From positions 13,151-77,150 of the forward strand of contig JAFLTR010000003.1 of NCBI GenBank assembly GCA_022509205.1: a DNA stretch of 64,000 nt, given 5' to 3'. Positions 9,440 through 18,745 of the stretch are shown here, one piece after another. This DNA is from Muribaculaceae bacterium (GTDB lineage Bacteria; Bacteroidota; Bacteroidia; Bacteroidales; Muribaculaceae). Position 1 is the stretch's first letter; every line of letters begins with the position of its first letter. The notes under the pieces are model-generated. The model made no database searches. It was not told where the DNA came from and was given only the letters and a program-made list of their open reading frames with translations. The position numbers and the translations under genes are program-made.

Positions 9440-11122
9440 ATGAAGAAAAACATTTTGTTTCTTTCTTTAGGAGCTGCCTTGATCGCGATGACAAGTTGCT
9501 CAAAGAAAGTTGGAGAATTCCAAAGCTCCTATTTTTCCACCAACCCCACCCCGATAGAGACAGTGGGTGAGAATGTACCTGCCACCGTTACCGGTATGAT
9601 TCCTGCAAAATTCATGCAGAAGAATGCCAAAGTGACAGTAACCCCGGTGCTTACTTACGCCGATGGAGAAACAAAGGGTACTCCGGTAGTTATCCAGGGT
9701 GAAAACGTTCGTGCCAACGGTCAAGTGGTAAGCTATGCCAACGGTGGCACTGTTCAGGTGCCTTTCAACACCAAATACAATCCGGAGATGGCAGAATCCG
9801 ACCTCTGCCTGGATTTCGAAGTTGACCAGAACGGCAAACTTTATGGCCTCCCAAGAGTGAAAGTGGGCTACGGTATCATCGCCACTTCCACTTTGGCTTC
9901 TGCCGAGACCATCCATCCGGCCATCACTGCCGACAAGTTCCAAAGAGTCATCAATGAAAAATACAATGCGGAGATTATGTTCCTTATCAACCAGGCTATC
10001 ATCCGCAAGAATCAGATTGATGCTCCCGACTATGTTGACTTCAACAACCGTCTCAAACAAGCCAATGAGGCTCCCAACCAGGAGATTGTGGGTATAAACA
10101 TCGCTTCTACTGCATCACCCGACGGAACCCTCGCTTTCAATACTCAGCTTGCAGAGCGTCGTGAGGAAGTGACCACAACTTTCATGGAAAACCAGCTCAA
10201 AAAAGACAACATCACTAATTTCGGCGAAATCACATCCTCTTTCACTCCGGAAGACTGGGAAGGTTTCAAGGAACTCGTAGAGAAAAGCAATATCCAGGAT
10301 AAAGACCTGATTCTTGCAGTGCTTCAAATGTATAAGGATCCAAATCAAAGAGAACAGGAAATCAAAAACATGTCAAGCGTATTTGATGAGCTTGCTAAAG
10401 AGATCCTTCCGAAACTGAGATACTCCAAGCTTCAGGCTTCTATCAATATCATCGGTAAGAGCGACCAGGAGATTTCACAACTTGCCGCCACCGATCCGAA
10501 AGCCCTCACTGAAGATGAGCTTCTTTATGCTGCCACTCTCACCAACGACAATGCCAGGAAGATGGCTATCTATAAGAAAGCCACAGAGCTTTTCCCCAAC
10601 AGCTATCGTGCTTACAACAACCTCGGTATGACTGAATATATCGCCGGTAATTATGCAGCTGCAAAGTCAGACTTCGAAAAGGCAAAGAGACTTGCCCCCA
10701 ATTCCAAAGAAGTTGACATGAACATGGGTCTCATCGCATTGGTAGACGGCAACTACAGCAAAGCCAACGAATATATCGGTAGCGCAGCCGGTGTGCCCGA
10801 GGCTAACGATGCACTTGGAACCTATTACCTCACTCAGGGTGAAGTAAGCAAAGCTAACACAGCTTTCGGCAATGCCAAGACCAACAACGCCGCTCTCGCC
10901 AAGATTCTTGCCAAGGATTACTCAGCAGCTCAGTCGATTCTTTCCGCTGTGCCGAATCCTGACGCCACAACCTATTATCTTGAAGCTGTAGTTGGAGCTC
11001 GCACAAACAATGAATCAGCTGTTGTCAGCAATCTGAAGAAGGCAGTTGTCCTTGATCCGGCTATGGCTTCTCAGGCTCGCAACGACCTCGAATTCTCAAA
11101 ATACAATCTCTCAGGAATCTAA
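9440..11122 (+). CDS. Conserved Bacteroidales TPR-containing lipoprotein
   Basis: MTSC lipobox, ASPDG and LAERR OmpA-like segment, PEDWEGF, several C-terminal TPRs (YNNLG). Confidence 0.8.
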   Translation: MKKNILFLSLGAALIAMTSCSKKVGEFQSSYFSTNPTPIETVGENVPATVTGMIPAKFMQKNAKVTVTPVLTYADGETKGTPVVIQGENVRANGQVVSYANGGTVQVPFNTKYNPEMAESDLCLDFEVDQNGKLYGLPRVKVGYGIIATSTLASAETIHPAITADKFQRVINEKYNAEIMFLINQAIIRKNQIDAPDYVDFNNRLKQANEAPNQEIVGINIASTASPDGTLAFNTQLAERREEVTTTFMENQLKKDNITNFGEITSSFTPEDWEGFKELVEKSNIQDKDLILAVLQMYKDPNQREQEIKNMSSVFDELAKEILPKLRYSKLQASINIIGKSDQEISQLAATDPKALTEDELLYAATLTNDNARKMAIYKKATELFPNSYRAYNNLGMTEYIAGNYAAAKSDFEKAKRLAPNSKEVDMNMGLIALVDGNYSKANEYIGSAAGVPEANDALGTYYLTQGEVSKANTAFGNAKTNNAALAKILAKDYSAAQSILSAVPNPDATTYYLEAVVGARTNNESAVVSNLKKAVVLDPAMASQARNDLEFSKYNLSGI

Positions 11123-11187
11123 TCCGACGGACCCCTTCCCCGGGGTCAGTCAAAACTGAGGATTTATAGAAACATTCCTAATGACTA

Positions 11188-11224
11188 ATAAGGGTGAATC
11201 CATTTTTCTTGGGTTCACCCTTAT
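11188..11224 (+). terminator. Intrinsic terminator
   Basis: ATAAGGGTGAATCC...GGGTTCACCCTTAT hairpin followed by a T run. Confidence 0.7.
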
Positions 11225-11494
11225 TTTTCCCTCCGGCATCGGTTGCTTCACGGCCCCCAGGGGAGAAAATATTGTCATCACTCCGCATTATTAGCGCACC
11301 TCCGGAACTCCCCAATTAAAGTCCCCTGCAAACCGTATGAAATTCCCTAAGTCGATTCTTACCTGGATGAAATGCCTTTTCCTTCACCCGATCCATCGAT
11401 TAAATCCAACACAGAGTGTAGGGTTTTACCCTGTTTAGTCACTCCTCAACCCCGGCAGGGTTTATTATCATCCTCAGCATCTTGCATATTTATA

Positions 11495-11532
11495 AAGAGG
11501 GTGTGCCAAAATATATTTTGACACACCCTCTT
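11495..11532. repeat. Palindromic repeat family copy / terminator of the LRR gene
   Basis: AAGAGGGTGTGCCAAAATA-TATTTTGACACACCCTCTT. Confidence 0.8.
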
Positions 11533-11560
11533 CATTATAATAATATAGTATCAATTGAAA

Positions 11561-14500
11561 TTATTTCATTATCATCACCTTCAGGCCGTTGATGATATAG
11601 ATACCGTTTTCAAGTTTCTCCAGGTCTTCGGCTTTTTCTGTATTCATCACGTTGATACCCTGGATAGTGAAGACATGATAAATTCCATCAGAAGCAGGAG
11701 CTATTCCTTTTATTCCGGCATAGTCATTGTCTGAACCAAGAGAATATCTCTGAGAACCTGAATCTGTGGCATAAGCTTTGTCAATCTTAACATGCTCTAT
11801 TTCGGAGATATTGCTCAGCTCGATATTGAGAAGGTTCCTGTCATTTCCAAGTATGTTGTTCTTTGTTGAGTATACTGCAATCTTCAGTCTGTTACCTTCA
11901 ACAACATTATAAGCAATGGAATGATTATTCAGTTTATTCCCTTTTGAAACGGATTCTACAGTGGATCCTTCCGGAATCAAGACTTCAATTGACATGGCTA
12001 CATAATCAAAACTGTTGGAAAGGTCTAATTCAATATTCTTTGAAAATGCTCCGAATCCTTGGTTTTCTTTTACGATAATGTTGTCAACTGACGCCAGTTC
12101 GGTATAACCACCGGTTGAATAAGCTCTGGTCCTTGTGCCCACCTGACCTAAGATGATATCCACTGTCTGTTTCCAGTCATATTCATCTGCATCTCCACTA
12201 TTGTTGAAGTCGTAGGATAAAAGCAGCGCTTCATTATCATTCGGGAGGTGAAGATATTCGTTCACAATGGTCACAACGTCTGCCACGTCTACTACGCCAT
12301 CATCGTTGGCATCACCCATGATAAGGTCTGTGATCGTGATATCGTAAGTGTCGCTTTTCGATGGAGTTTCCTTAACAGTAGCTGTAATCGTAACCTGACC
12401 AACTGCCTTTGCTGTTACTTTACCATTACTATCCACAGTTGCTTTAGTATCGTCGCTCGAAGTCCAAAGGATTTCCTTATAAGTTGTTTCTTCCGGAGAA
12501 ATTGTTGCAGTCAAAATGATTTCCTCAGTCACTTTCAGATAATGCTTTTCACCTGAAATTGTCACCGATTCGGCAGGCGTGGCAACCACATTTACTGTGA
12601 TTGTTGTGCTTTGACTGCCGGCACTGTTTGTTGCCTTCACGGAGATTTGAGTTGTACCCAGCGACAGGGCTGTAATTGTGCCGTTTTCTACTTTTGCCAC
12701 TTCAGGTTTACTTGAGCTCCATTCAATCACAGGGTCGGTTGCATTGGAAGGATTGACTGTTGCTTTCAATGTTTCTGTGCCACCAACATAAAGACTAATC
12801 GGACCTTCCTTATCCACAGTTACTGAAGTAATGGGTCTCGGAGCAACAGTGATAGTGAATTTTTGAGAAGTTTGAGCCCCGGCAGCATTAGTTGCTGTCA
12901 CTGTAATGTTTGCCGTACCGGTCTTTAGGGCCGTTAATGTAATTTGGGAAGCATTGTCAGTAACCGTTGCCACGGCTGTATTGTCAGATGTCCACTTGTA
13001 TGTAATCGGGGTGGTGGCCTTAGCAGGATTAACAGTGGCAGTCAATGTCAAAGTTTCTTCCGGATATATGGAAGTCTTGTTGTCTTGGCTTGAAATGCTG
13101 ACAGACGATATAGGAGTAGCAACCACCTTGATAGTTGCCGAGCCAACAACCTGGCTTCCATCGTTGGCCGTAGCTTTAAGAGTGGTTTCTCCAATCTTGA
13201 GAGCCTTAACCGTTACTTTTGAATTATCATCACCTGTTGTAATCTGAGCCACTGTCGGGTCAGCGATGCTCCAAGTCACAGAAGAGTATGTAGCGTCAGC
13301 CGGAGTAACTGTAGCTTTATACACCGCTGTATCGTCAACATATAAATCTCCTTGTTTACCGCTTTCGTATGCAACATTTATAGTTGACACAGGAATTGCT
13401 TTAACTGTCACTGTGACCGAAGAATCATCCAAAGGAATGCTGGTGCCACCGGTTGAAGACAGTCTTGCATTAGTGAATTTGATCGTCTTTTCACCTTCTG
13501 AGGCATCCGCATCGGCTTTGATGGTTAGGGTTACGATCCCTTCAGTAGTTGATACGCCATTACCGGTTGTCTTATAGGAAATCACTCTTACAGGATTCCC
13601 TTCAATTGAGGTATTGTCAAGCTCGAAACCTGCAGCAGTCAGTTCATCACTAAGTTTCACACCCGTGATTTTCAAACCTTCCGGCATCTCCACATCAAAT
13701 TGGAATCCGGAATAATTCTGTGAAGAAGAAAAACTAAAATTCAGATTCAGGTTTTGCGTGCCTTTCTTTTGAATATCAAAATCCTGAGCCTGGATATTTC
13801 CGTTAACAATTTCTATTCCTTGAATATTTGTAAAATCTTTCCAATAATCTGCTTCTTTATAAGCCTCTACAGATTGCATAGGCACATAGAGCACACAAGT
13901 AGAAGTGGGTATTTGGTAAAAGGGGGTTTCTCCAAAAATAGGAGGAGTTACATTAAGAGATGTAATGCTTGTCAAACCCTCACAATTATTAAAAGCAAAG
14001 TCTCCGATTTTAGTCAAGGATTTTCCGAGACTAATGCTTGTCAGGCCGGTACAGTTAAAGAATGCTAAACCACCGATTGAAGTCACCGAATTCGGAATCT
14101 CAACGTTTGTCAGACTGGGACAACCAAAGAAAGCACTGTCCTCTATCGACTTCACCGAATTCGGAATCTCAACGCTTGTCAGACTGGGACAATTATAGAA
14201 AGCATTGTACCCTATCGACTTCACCGAATTCGGAATCTCAACGCTTGTCAGGCTAGTACAATCTCTGAAAGCGTTTGGCTTGATTTCCTCTATACTTTTG
14301 GGGATAACTAAGTCTGTGATTTCTGATTCATTTAAATATAGATGCCACGCAGAAGAGAATCCTGCATTATCTATTTTACACCATGCTTCAAGATTGGATA
14401 TGACTACATTCAATTCCTTTACAACTCCTCCCCCGAAAGCAGATACTCCGATAGTTGTCAAGGAATCTGGTATCTTTATTGTCTCCAAATTGTCACAATA

Positions 14501-15193
14501 TTGAAAAGCAGCAATCCCTATCGACTTTACTGGATTCGGAATCTCAACGCTTGTCAGGCCAGTGCAAGTAAAGAAAGCATATGCTCCGATAGAGGTTACA
14601 GAATTAGGTATTTTCACGCTTTTCATAGCCTTAAAACCAGCAAATGCATATGGTTTGATTTCTTCTATTCCTTCGGGGATAATTAAATTAGTTATTTCCG
14701 TATCATCTAAATATAGATGACCGGCACTTAATAATGGATTAGCATTATTTGTGTATTGAGTTATATCATAATCTATTTTACACCATGCTTCAAGATTGGA
14801 TATGATTACTTTACTTAATTGGCTACAGCCTTGGAAAGCATTTGATTTTATAGTAGTTACCGAATCTCCTATTTTCACGCTTGTCAAACCCGTACAATTA
14901 ATGAAAGCATAAGATCCGATTTCAGTCACTGAATTTCCAATCTCTACTTCGGTCATTGTGTTATTCTGGAAAGCTCGTTCAGCTATAGCCGTGACTTTAT
15001 AGGTTAAATCTTCATATTCTACGTTGTCCGGAATAATTATTATATCTAGTGGTTTTGAAGTAGAGCTGTACACCTCACATGTCTGATTATCTACAGAGGT
15101 TATTCGATATTTAATCTCGTTGTGGTCAAAGAATTGAGCTTTACTTGGTAGTAACGTCAAGATTACCAAAATTGTTAGTAATAGTTTTTTCAT
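11561..15193 (-). CDS. BspA-family leucine-rich repeat surface protein with cohesin-like, 4x Big_2, dockerin-like and T9SS-type C-terminal modules
   Basis: Signal peptide; TpLRR units (LTSVEIPNSVxSIGxxAFxxC); YSGFQFDVEMPEG cohesin-like; four ATVxPxxAT...WxS Big_2 repeats; GDANDDGVVDVADV dockerin loop; YHVFTIQG...GIYIINGLKVMIMK CTD. Confidence 0.88.
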   Translation of the reverse strand: MKKLLLTILVILTLLPSKAQFFDHNEIKYRITSVDNQTCEVYSSTSKPLDIIIIPDNVEYEDLTYKVTAIAERAFQNNTMTEVEIGNSVTEIGSYAFINCTGLTSVKIGDSVTTIKSNAFQGCSQLSKVIISNLEAWCKIDYDITQYTNNANPLLSAGHLYLDDTEITNLIIPEGIEEIKPYAFAGFKAMKSVKIPNSVTSIGAYAFFTCTGLTSVEIPNPVKSIGIAAFQYCDNLETIKIPDSLTTIGVSAFGGGVVKELNVVISNLEAWCKIDNAGFSSAWHLYLNESEITDLVIPKSIEEIKPNAFRDCTSLTSVEIPNSVKSIGYNAFYNCPSLTSVEIPNSVKSIEDSAFFGCPSLTNVEIPNSVTSIGGLAFFNCTGLTSISLGKSLTKIGDFAFNNCEGLTSITSLNVTPPIFGETPFYQIPTSTCVLYVPMQSVEAYKEADYWKDFTNIQGIEIVNGNIQAQDFDIQKKGTQNLNLNFSFSSSQNYSGFQFDVEMPEGLKITGVKLSDELTAAGFELDNTSIEGNPVRVISYKTTGNGVSTTEGIVTLTIKADADASEGEKTIKFTNARLSSTGGTSIPLDDSSVTVTVKAIPVSTINVAYESGKQGDLYVDDTAVYKATVTPADATYSSVTWSIADPTVAQITTGDDNSKVTVKALKIGETTLKATANDGSQVVGSATIKVVATPISSVSISSQDNKTSIYPEETLTLTATVNPAKATTPITYKWTSDNTAVATVTDNASQITLTALKTGTANITVTATNAAGAQTSQKFTITVAPRPITSVTVDKEGPISLYVGGTETLKATVNPSNATDPVIEWSSSKPEVAKVENGTITALSLGTTQISVKATNSAGSQSTTITVNVVATPAESVTISGEKHYLKVTEEIILTATISPEETTYKEILWTSSDDTKATVDSNGKVTAKAVGQVTITATVKETPSKSDTYDITITDLIMGDANDDGVVDVADVVTIVNEYLHLPNDNEALLLSYDFNNSGDADEYDWKQTVDIILGQVGTRTRAYSTGGYTELASVDNIIVKENQGFGAFSKNIELDLSNSFDYVAMSIEVLIPEGSTVESVSKGNKLNNHSIAYNVVEGNRLKIAVYSTKNNILGNDRNLLNIELSNISEIEHVKIDKAYATDSGSQRYSLGSDNDYAGIKGIAPASDGIYHVFTIQGINVMNTEKAEDLEKLENGIYIINGLKVMIMK
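14083..14251. repeat. 69-bp tandem repeats encoding 23-aa LRR units
   Basis: TCACCGAATTCGGAATCTCAACG at 14083, 14152 and 14221; partial copy at 14534-14558. Confidence 0.9.
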
Positions 15194-15203
15194 AACACGA
15201 ATT

Positions 15204-15362
15204 TTATTGTTTTTGTTTATATTGTTCGAATAAATCTTCGATGGAATTATAATACACGCTAAGAAAATGTTCTAAATCCATTGATTCCATCCCCGCTTGC
15301 TTCATTTCTTCACTGAAATATTCTATGGGTATGTTTCTTCCGCATTTTTTTATAAAGCCCAT
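15204..15362 (-). CDS. Small hypothetical protein, 52 aa (below ORF-track cutoff)
   Basis: MGFIKKCGRNIPIEYFSEEMKQAGMESMDLEHFLSVYYNSIEDLFEQYKQKQ; A-rich run before ATG, stop 10 nt before the LRR start. Confidence 0.55.
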   Translation of the reverse strand: MGFIKKCGRNIPIEYFSEEMKQAGMESMDLEHFLSVYYNSIEDLFEQYKQKQ

Positions 15363-15417
15363 TTTTTTCAATTTGTGTGTCCCATTGACCGGGCTCCTGC
15401 GGTGCGACCTGCTACGG

Positions 15418-15425
15418 CAAAATTA
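15418..15425 (-). promoter_or_regulatory. -7 promoter box for the small ORF and LRR gene
   Basis: TAATTTTG on the minus strand. Confidence 0.55.
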
Positions 15426-15526
15426 AAAAATTTTTCCAAAAAACTTATGGAAGAATAAAAATATTAGAAGATTATCCGTCTAAATATGCAAAAAGCATGA
15501 ATGGGATGGAGCGAAATAACTCTCCC

Positions 15527-15644
15527 GGGATGAACTTTTCCAAAAGTTTAAATATAATAAAACAGGGTAAAGATTTTTGGGAGATCTCCCCCCATTAAGA
15601 GTGGGTTATCAAATAATGGGATGAACTTTTCCAAAAAGTTCACA
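15527..15644. repeat. 19-bp direct repeat pair with palindromic core
   Basis: GGGATGAACTTTTCCAAAA at 15527-15545 and 15618-15636. Confidence 0.75.
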
Positions 15645-15706
15645 TAAAATAATTTTGGGTGGGATTCTTGGGAAAATCAATACGATTCCAAAAAGCTTCC
15701 GGACTG

Positions 15707-16930
15707 TCAGATTGAAGAATAGGCGCGTGAGCGGGCGAAAGCATCGCTGATCCAGGCACATATCAGACCGATGACAAAGACCGGTATACACGTTATAGCC
15801 AGGTCTAGCCATTCTACCCTCACGGGATAAGCTTGGATTATTAGGCTCTCAGGATCTCCCGCAAGTTTTATAAGGCTGAATTTTTCCTGAATCAAAGAAA
15901 CGGCCACTCCAATGATGAGACCTGAGATGGCTCCGATAAGAGTCACCAAAACGCTTTCCCACCAAAAAATCAGACCGATGCGTGCCCTGTTGAGTCCAAG
16001 ATGCCACAGTGTCCGGATTGAATTACCCTTGTCAAGGATTATCATACAGAGTGTGCTGATGATATTGAAAGATGCTATCACAAGGATGAAAGTGAGCAAT
16101 ATGAAAGTTAGCCATTTCTCTATCTCTACCATCCGGAAATTTACCTCCTGTTGTTGAAAACGGTCTTTCACCACAAAATCCTCACCCAGAAAATCCTGTA
16201 ACTGACGGGCCACTTTGTTTAAATCCTCTCCCGGAAGTAGTTTAAGTTCTATGGATGTTGCCTGGGAATCATATTGGAAAAGGGATCGCGCCACGTCGAT
16301 GTCGCAAATCACAGTGTTCTCATCAAATTCATTCTGCATTGAGCGGAACACGGAAGCCACTTTTATGGAATCGGTGATAAAGGATGAAACCGGATTGGCC
16401 ATATTGACGCGTCCAAATCTCTTAGGGGCAAAGAGAAGAAGCGTATCGCCGGACGCATACAGTCCTAACCGTTGGGCCACCCCTACTGCTATTGAGGTCT
16501 CTTTTTCTTCATAGGTATCCATGGGGACTCCATCCAGAAGTAAAGAATCAAGGGCAGTTAGTTGCGGATATATATTTGTTTCGACACCTTTAAGGGTCAC
16601 GGGCATCTCTTTAGTGCCGGCTATTACGAGGGCATTATCGGAGACTTCCGCCATTGCCAGGGCCACTCCCGGAAACTCCCTAAGGATATCGCGTAGGGAA
16701 TCGCCCGCTTCTATTGTCTTTCCGTAGGCCGGAGATATGGAGATATCGGCAGTCAGCGAATCGAGACGTTCATTCAGATGATAACGGAAACCGTTGAAAA
16801 CTGACAGAACAATAACAATGGCAGCAGTGGCGACAGCCACTCCCACCACTGAAATAATTGAAATAGCGCTCACTGCCCCGTGGGTTTTCGGGGCGGTGAG
16901 ATATCGCCATGCTATTCTTAATTCCTTAAT
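15707..16930 (-). CDS. LolC/E-like (FtsX family) lipoprotein-release ABC permease
   Basis: ISIISVVGVAVATAAIVIVLSVFNGF, IASFNII and TM segments; the family N-terminus IAWRYL lies upstream of the track's GTG 16873, so the start is placed tentatively at ATT 16930. Confidence 0.85.
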   Translation of the reverse strand: MKELRIAWRYLTAPKTHGAVSAISIISVVGVAVATAAIVIVLSVFNGFRYHLNERLDSLTADISISPAYGKTIEAGDSLRDILREFPGVALAMAEVSDNALVIAGTKEMPVTLKGVETNIYPQLTALDSLLLDGVPMDTYEEKETSIAVGVAQRLGLYASGDTLLLFAPKRFGRVNMANPVSSFITDSIKVASVFRSMQNEFDENTVICDIDVARSLFQYDSQATSIELKLLPGEDLNKVARQLQDFLGEDFVVKDRFQQQEVNFRMVEIEKWLTFILLTFILVIASFNIISTLCMIILDKGNSIRTLWHLGLNRARIGLIFWWESVLVTLIGAISGLIIGVAVSLIQEKFSLIKLAGDPESLIIQAYPVRVEWLDLAITCIPVFVIGLICAWISDAFARSRAYSSI

Positions 16931-17276
16931 CTTCTTTAGGTTTTGGGCCCAGGAGCCTATCGATGTTCTCTATATAGTCTAATGAGTCGTCAAGATAGAA
17001 TTGCAGTTCAGGGCATTTCCGGAGCACTTCCTTAACATTCTGAGCCAATTCATATCTCACGGTTTTTGCCTGATTCTTGATATTCTCCAGAATTTCGGCA
17101 CTTCTTTCGGGAGGGAAGATGCTCAGGTAGGCCTTCGCTATGCTAAGATCCGGCGAAACCCTCACCTGACTTACACTCACCAACACGCCTCCGAGGGCGG
17201 AAGTCTGTTTGCGGAATATCTCACTGAGTTCCTTTTGGATATACCGCGCTATCTTTGCTTGTCGTTTGCTTTCCAT
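16926..17276 (-). CDS. rbfA: Ribosome-binding factor A
   Basis: MESKRQAKIARYIQKELSEIF, VRVSPDLSIAKAYLS, PELQFYLDDS. Confidence 0.96.
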   Translation of the reverse strand: MESKRQAKIARYIQKELSEIFRKQTSALGGVLVSVSQVRVSPDLSIAKAYLSIFPPERSAEILENIKNQAKTVRYELAQNVKEVLRKCPELQFYLDDSLDYIENIDRLLGPKPKED

Positions 17277-17319
17277 AATTTTTTGTTTTTAATAATAACG
17301 CTTGAGGCTGGAATATCGT

Positions 17320-17952
17320 TCATTCTTTACGAATGAGAGTAAGCCCGTCGCGCAGGGGAATGATTGCAACATCCGCTCCAGGTGTATTCACCACCAATTC
17401 ATTAAATTCCATAATCCCCCGGGTTTGAGATGAATGAGATCCCGTCTCTGTCACGTGTCCATCCCATAAAGTATTGTCGGCCAATATAAAACCTCCATGT
17501 CTCAAGAGGCTCCATACTTTTCTGAAATAGTCAGGATACTGGCGTTTGTCGGCATCTATGACAGCCAGGTCGAAAGATTCCTCCTCAAAATTCTCCATCA
17601 CTTCGAGTGCATCGCCAATATGAGACGTGATTTTGTGGCCATGGGGTGAAGCGGAAATATTGGTCAGGATGTCATCTTCGAGCTCATCATCGGCCTCTAT
17701 GGTGTGTACCCTTGCATTTTCCTCCAGTGCTTCCGCTATGCATAGTGCCGAATATCCCGTAAAAGTGCCAAGTTCGAGCACTTTTTGGGGACGTATCATT
17801 GATGCCAGCATCTTCAGGAGGCGACCCTGGATATGTCCCGAACACATCCTTCCATTGAGCCTGTAGAGATTTGAAGCACGGTCGATGGCTTTGAGATACG
17901 TCGGTTCGGCTGAGATATGACACTCTATATAGTCTTCAAGTTGAGGAGACAT
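17320..17952 (-). CDS. SAM-dependent O-methyltransferase (TrmR/YrrM-like)
   Basis: QGRLL, VLELGTFTGYS, IDADK, ADNTLWDG, RDGLTL. Confidence 0.9.
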   Translation of the reverse strand: MSPQLEDYIECHISAEPTYLKAIDRASNLYRLNGRMCSGHIQGRLLKMLASMIRPQKVLELGTFTGYSALCIAEALEENARVHTIEADDELEDDILTNISASPHGHKITSHIGDALEVMENFEEESFDLAVIDADKRQYPDYFRKVWSLLRHGGFILADNTLWDGHVTETGSHSSQTRGIMEFNELVVNTPGADVAIIPLRDGLTLIRKE

Positions 17953-18384
17953 TTATCCTTTATTTTGAATGAGGAAAGAAACTGCCATGGCATAGCCTTC
18001 AAGACCGAAGCCGGTTAACATGCCGCAACACTTGGGAGCTGTCACCGACTGATGGCGGAACTCCTCCCTGCCGGCAATATTGGAGATATGCACCTCTACC
18101 ACCGGTTTTTGAATAGCGGCGATGGCATCTGCAATGGCTATGGAATAATGAGAGTAAGCACCGGGATTTATCACTATTCCTTTGCAATCAGGATCCTCGA
18201 AACCCAATCTGTGGATATGGTCGATTATTGCCCCCTCGGAATTCGATTGGAAATACTGAATCGGTGTTTCGGGGAATCTTTCCCTGAGTCCGTGCAAGAA
18301 ATCTTCAAAAGATTCATGACCGTAGATCGAGGGTTCTCTTCTCCCGAGAAGATTCAGGTTTGGTCCGTTAATTATTGCAATCAT
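17953..18384 (-). CDS. aroQ: Type II 3-dehydroquinate dehydratase
   Basis: INGPNLNLLGRREPSIYG, QSNSEG, VEVHISN, REEFRH; start moved to ATG 18384. Confidence 0.96.
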   Translation of the reverse strand: MIAIINGPNLNLLGRREPSIYGHESFEDFLHGLRERFPETPIQYFQSNSEGAIIDHIHRLGFEDPDCKGIVINPGAYSHYSIAIADAIAAIQKPVVEVHISNIAGREEFRHQSVTAPKCCGMLTGFGLEGYAMAVSFLIQNKG

Positions 18385-18532
18385 AAATCTTGGCTCGTTG
18401 GTTTCTAAAAACTTATTTTTCGACGGTGGAGAGCTCTTATCCACCGTTTAGTCTTCAAAAATAATAAAGACGTCCTGTGGATAATCGGCCAAAATTACCC
18501 AAATTCCCTTATTAGGCAAAATATAGTATACC

Positions 18533-18616
18533 AAAAGAGGGTATGCCAAAATGTTTTACATTTAGACATAACCCCTTTTATGACAGGCAGCAAAAAATCT
18601 TGGCATGCCCTCTTTT
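18533..18616. repeat. Composite palindromic repeat family copy
   Basis: AAAAGAGGGTATGCCAA ... TTGGCATGCCCTCTTTT outer inverted repeat with an internal degenerate arm (TTTAGACATAACCCCTTTT), between divergent genes. Confidence 0.7.
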
Positions 18617-18745
18617 TATCTCATACGGATTAATCGGCGGATAATAATTCTTCCTCAAAACGTTTTTAAAACAGTATTGGTATAATTTTTGTTAATAAGA
18701 TAGAGTTATAGAAATAAATATTAGCAGAAAGAATAATAAAGAAGG

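Noticed and set aside
14083-14251. 69-bp periodic repeats as a CRISPR array or DGR repeat
   Set aside because: In-frame 23-aa LRR units with similar intervening sequence; no cas or reverse transcriptase gene
11425-15571. 12-bp inverted repeat TTTACCCTGTTT / AAACAGGGTAAA flanking the LRR gene as an invertible segment
   Set aside because: Short and AT-rich, no adjacent invertase, and the promoter lies inside the segment so inversion would not switch expression
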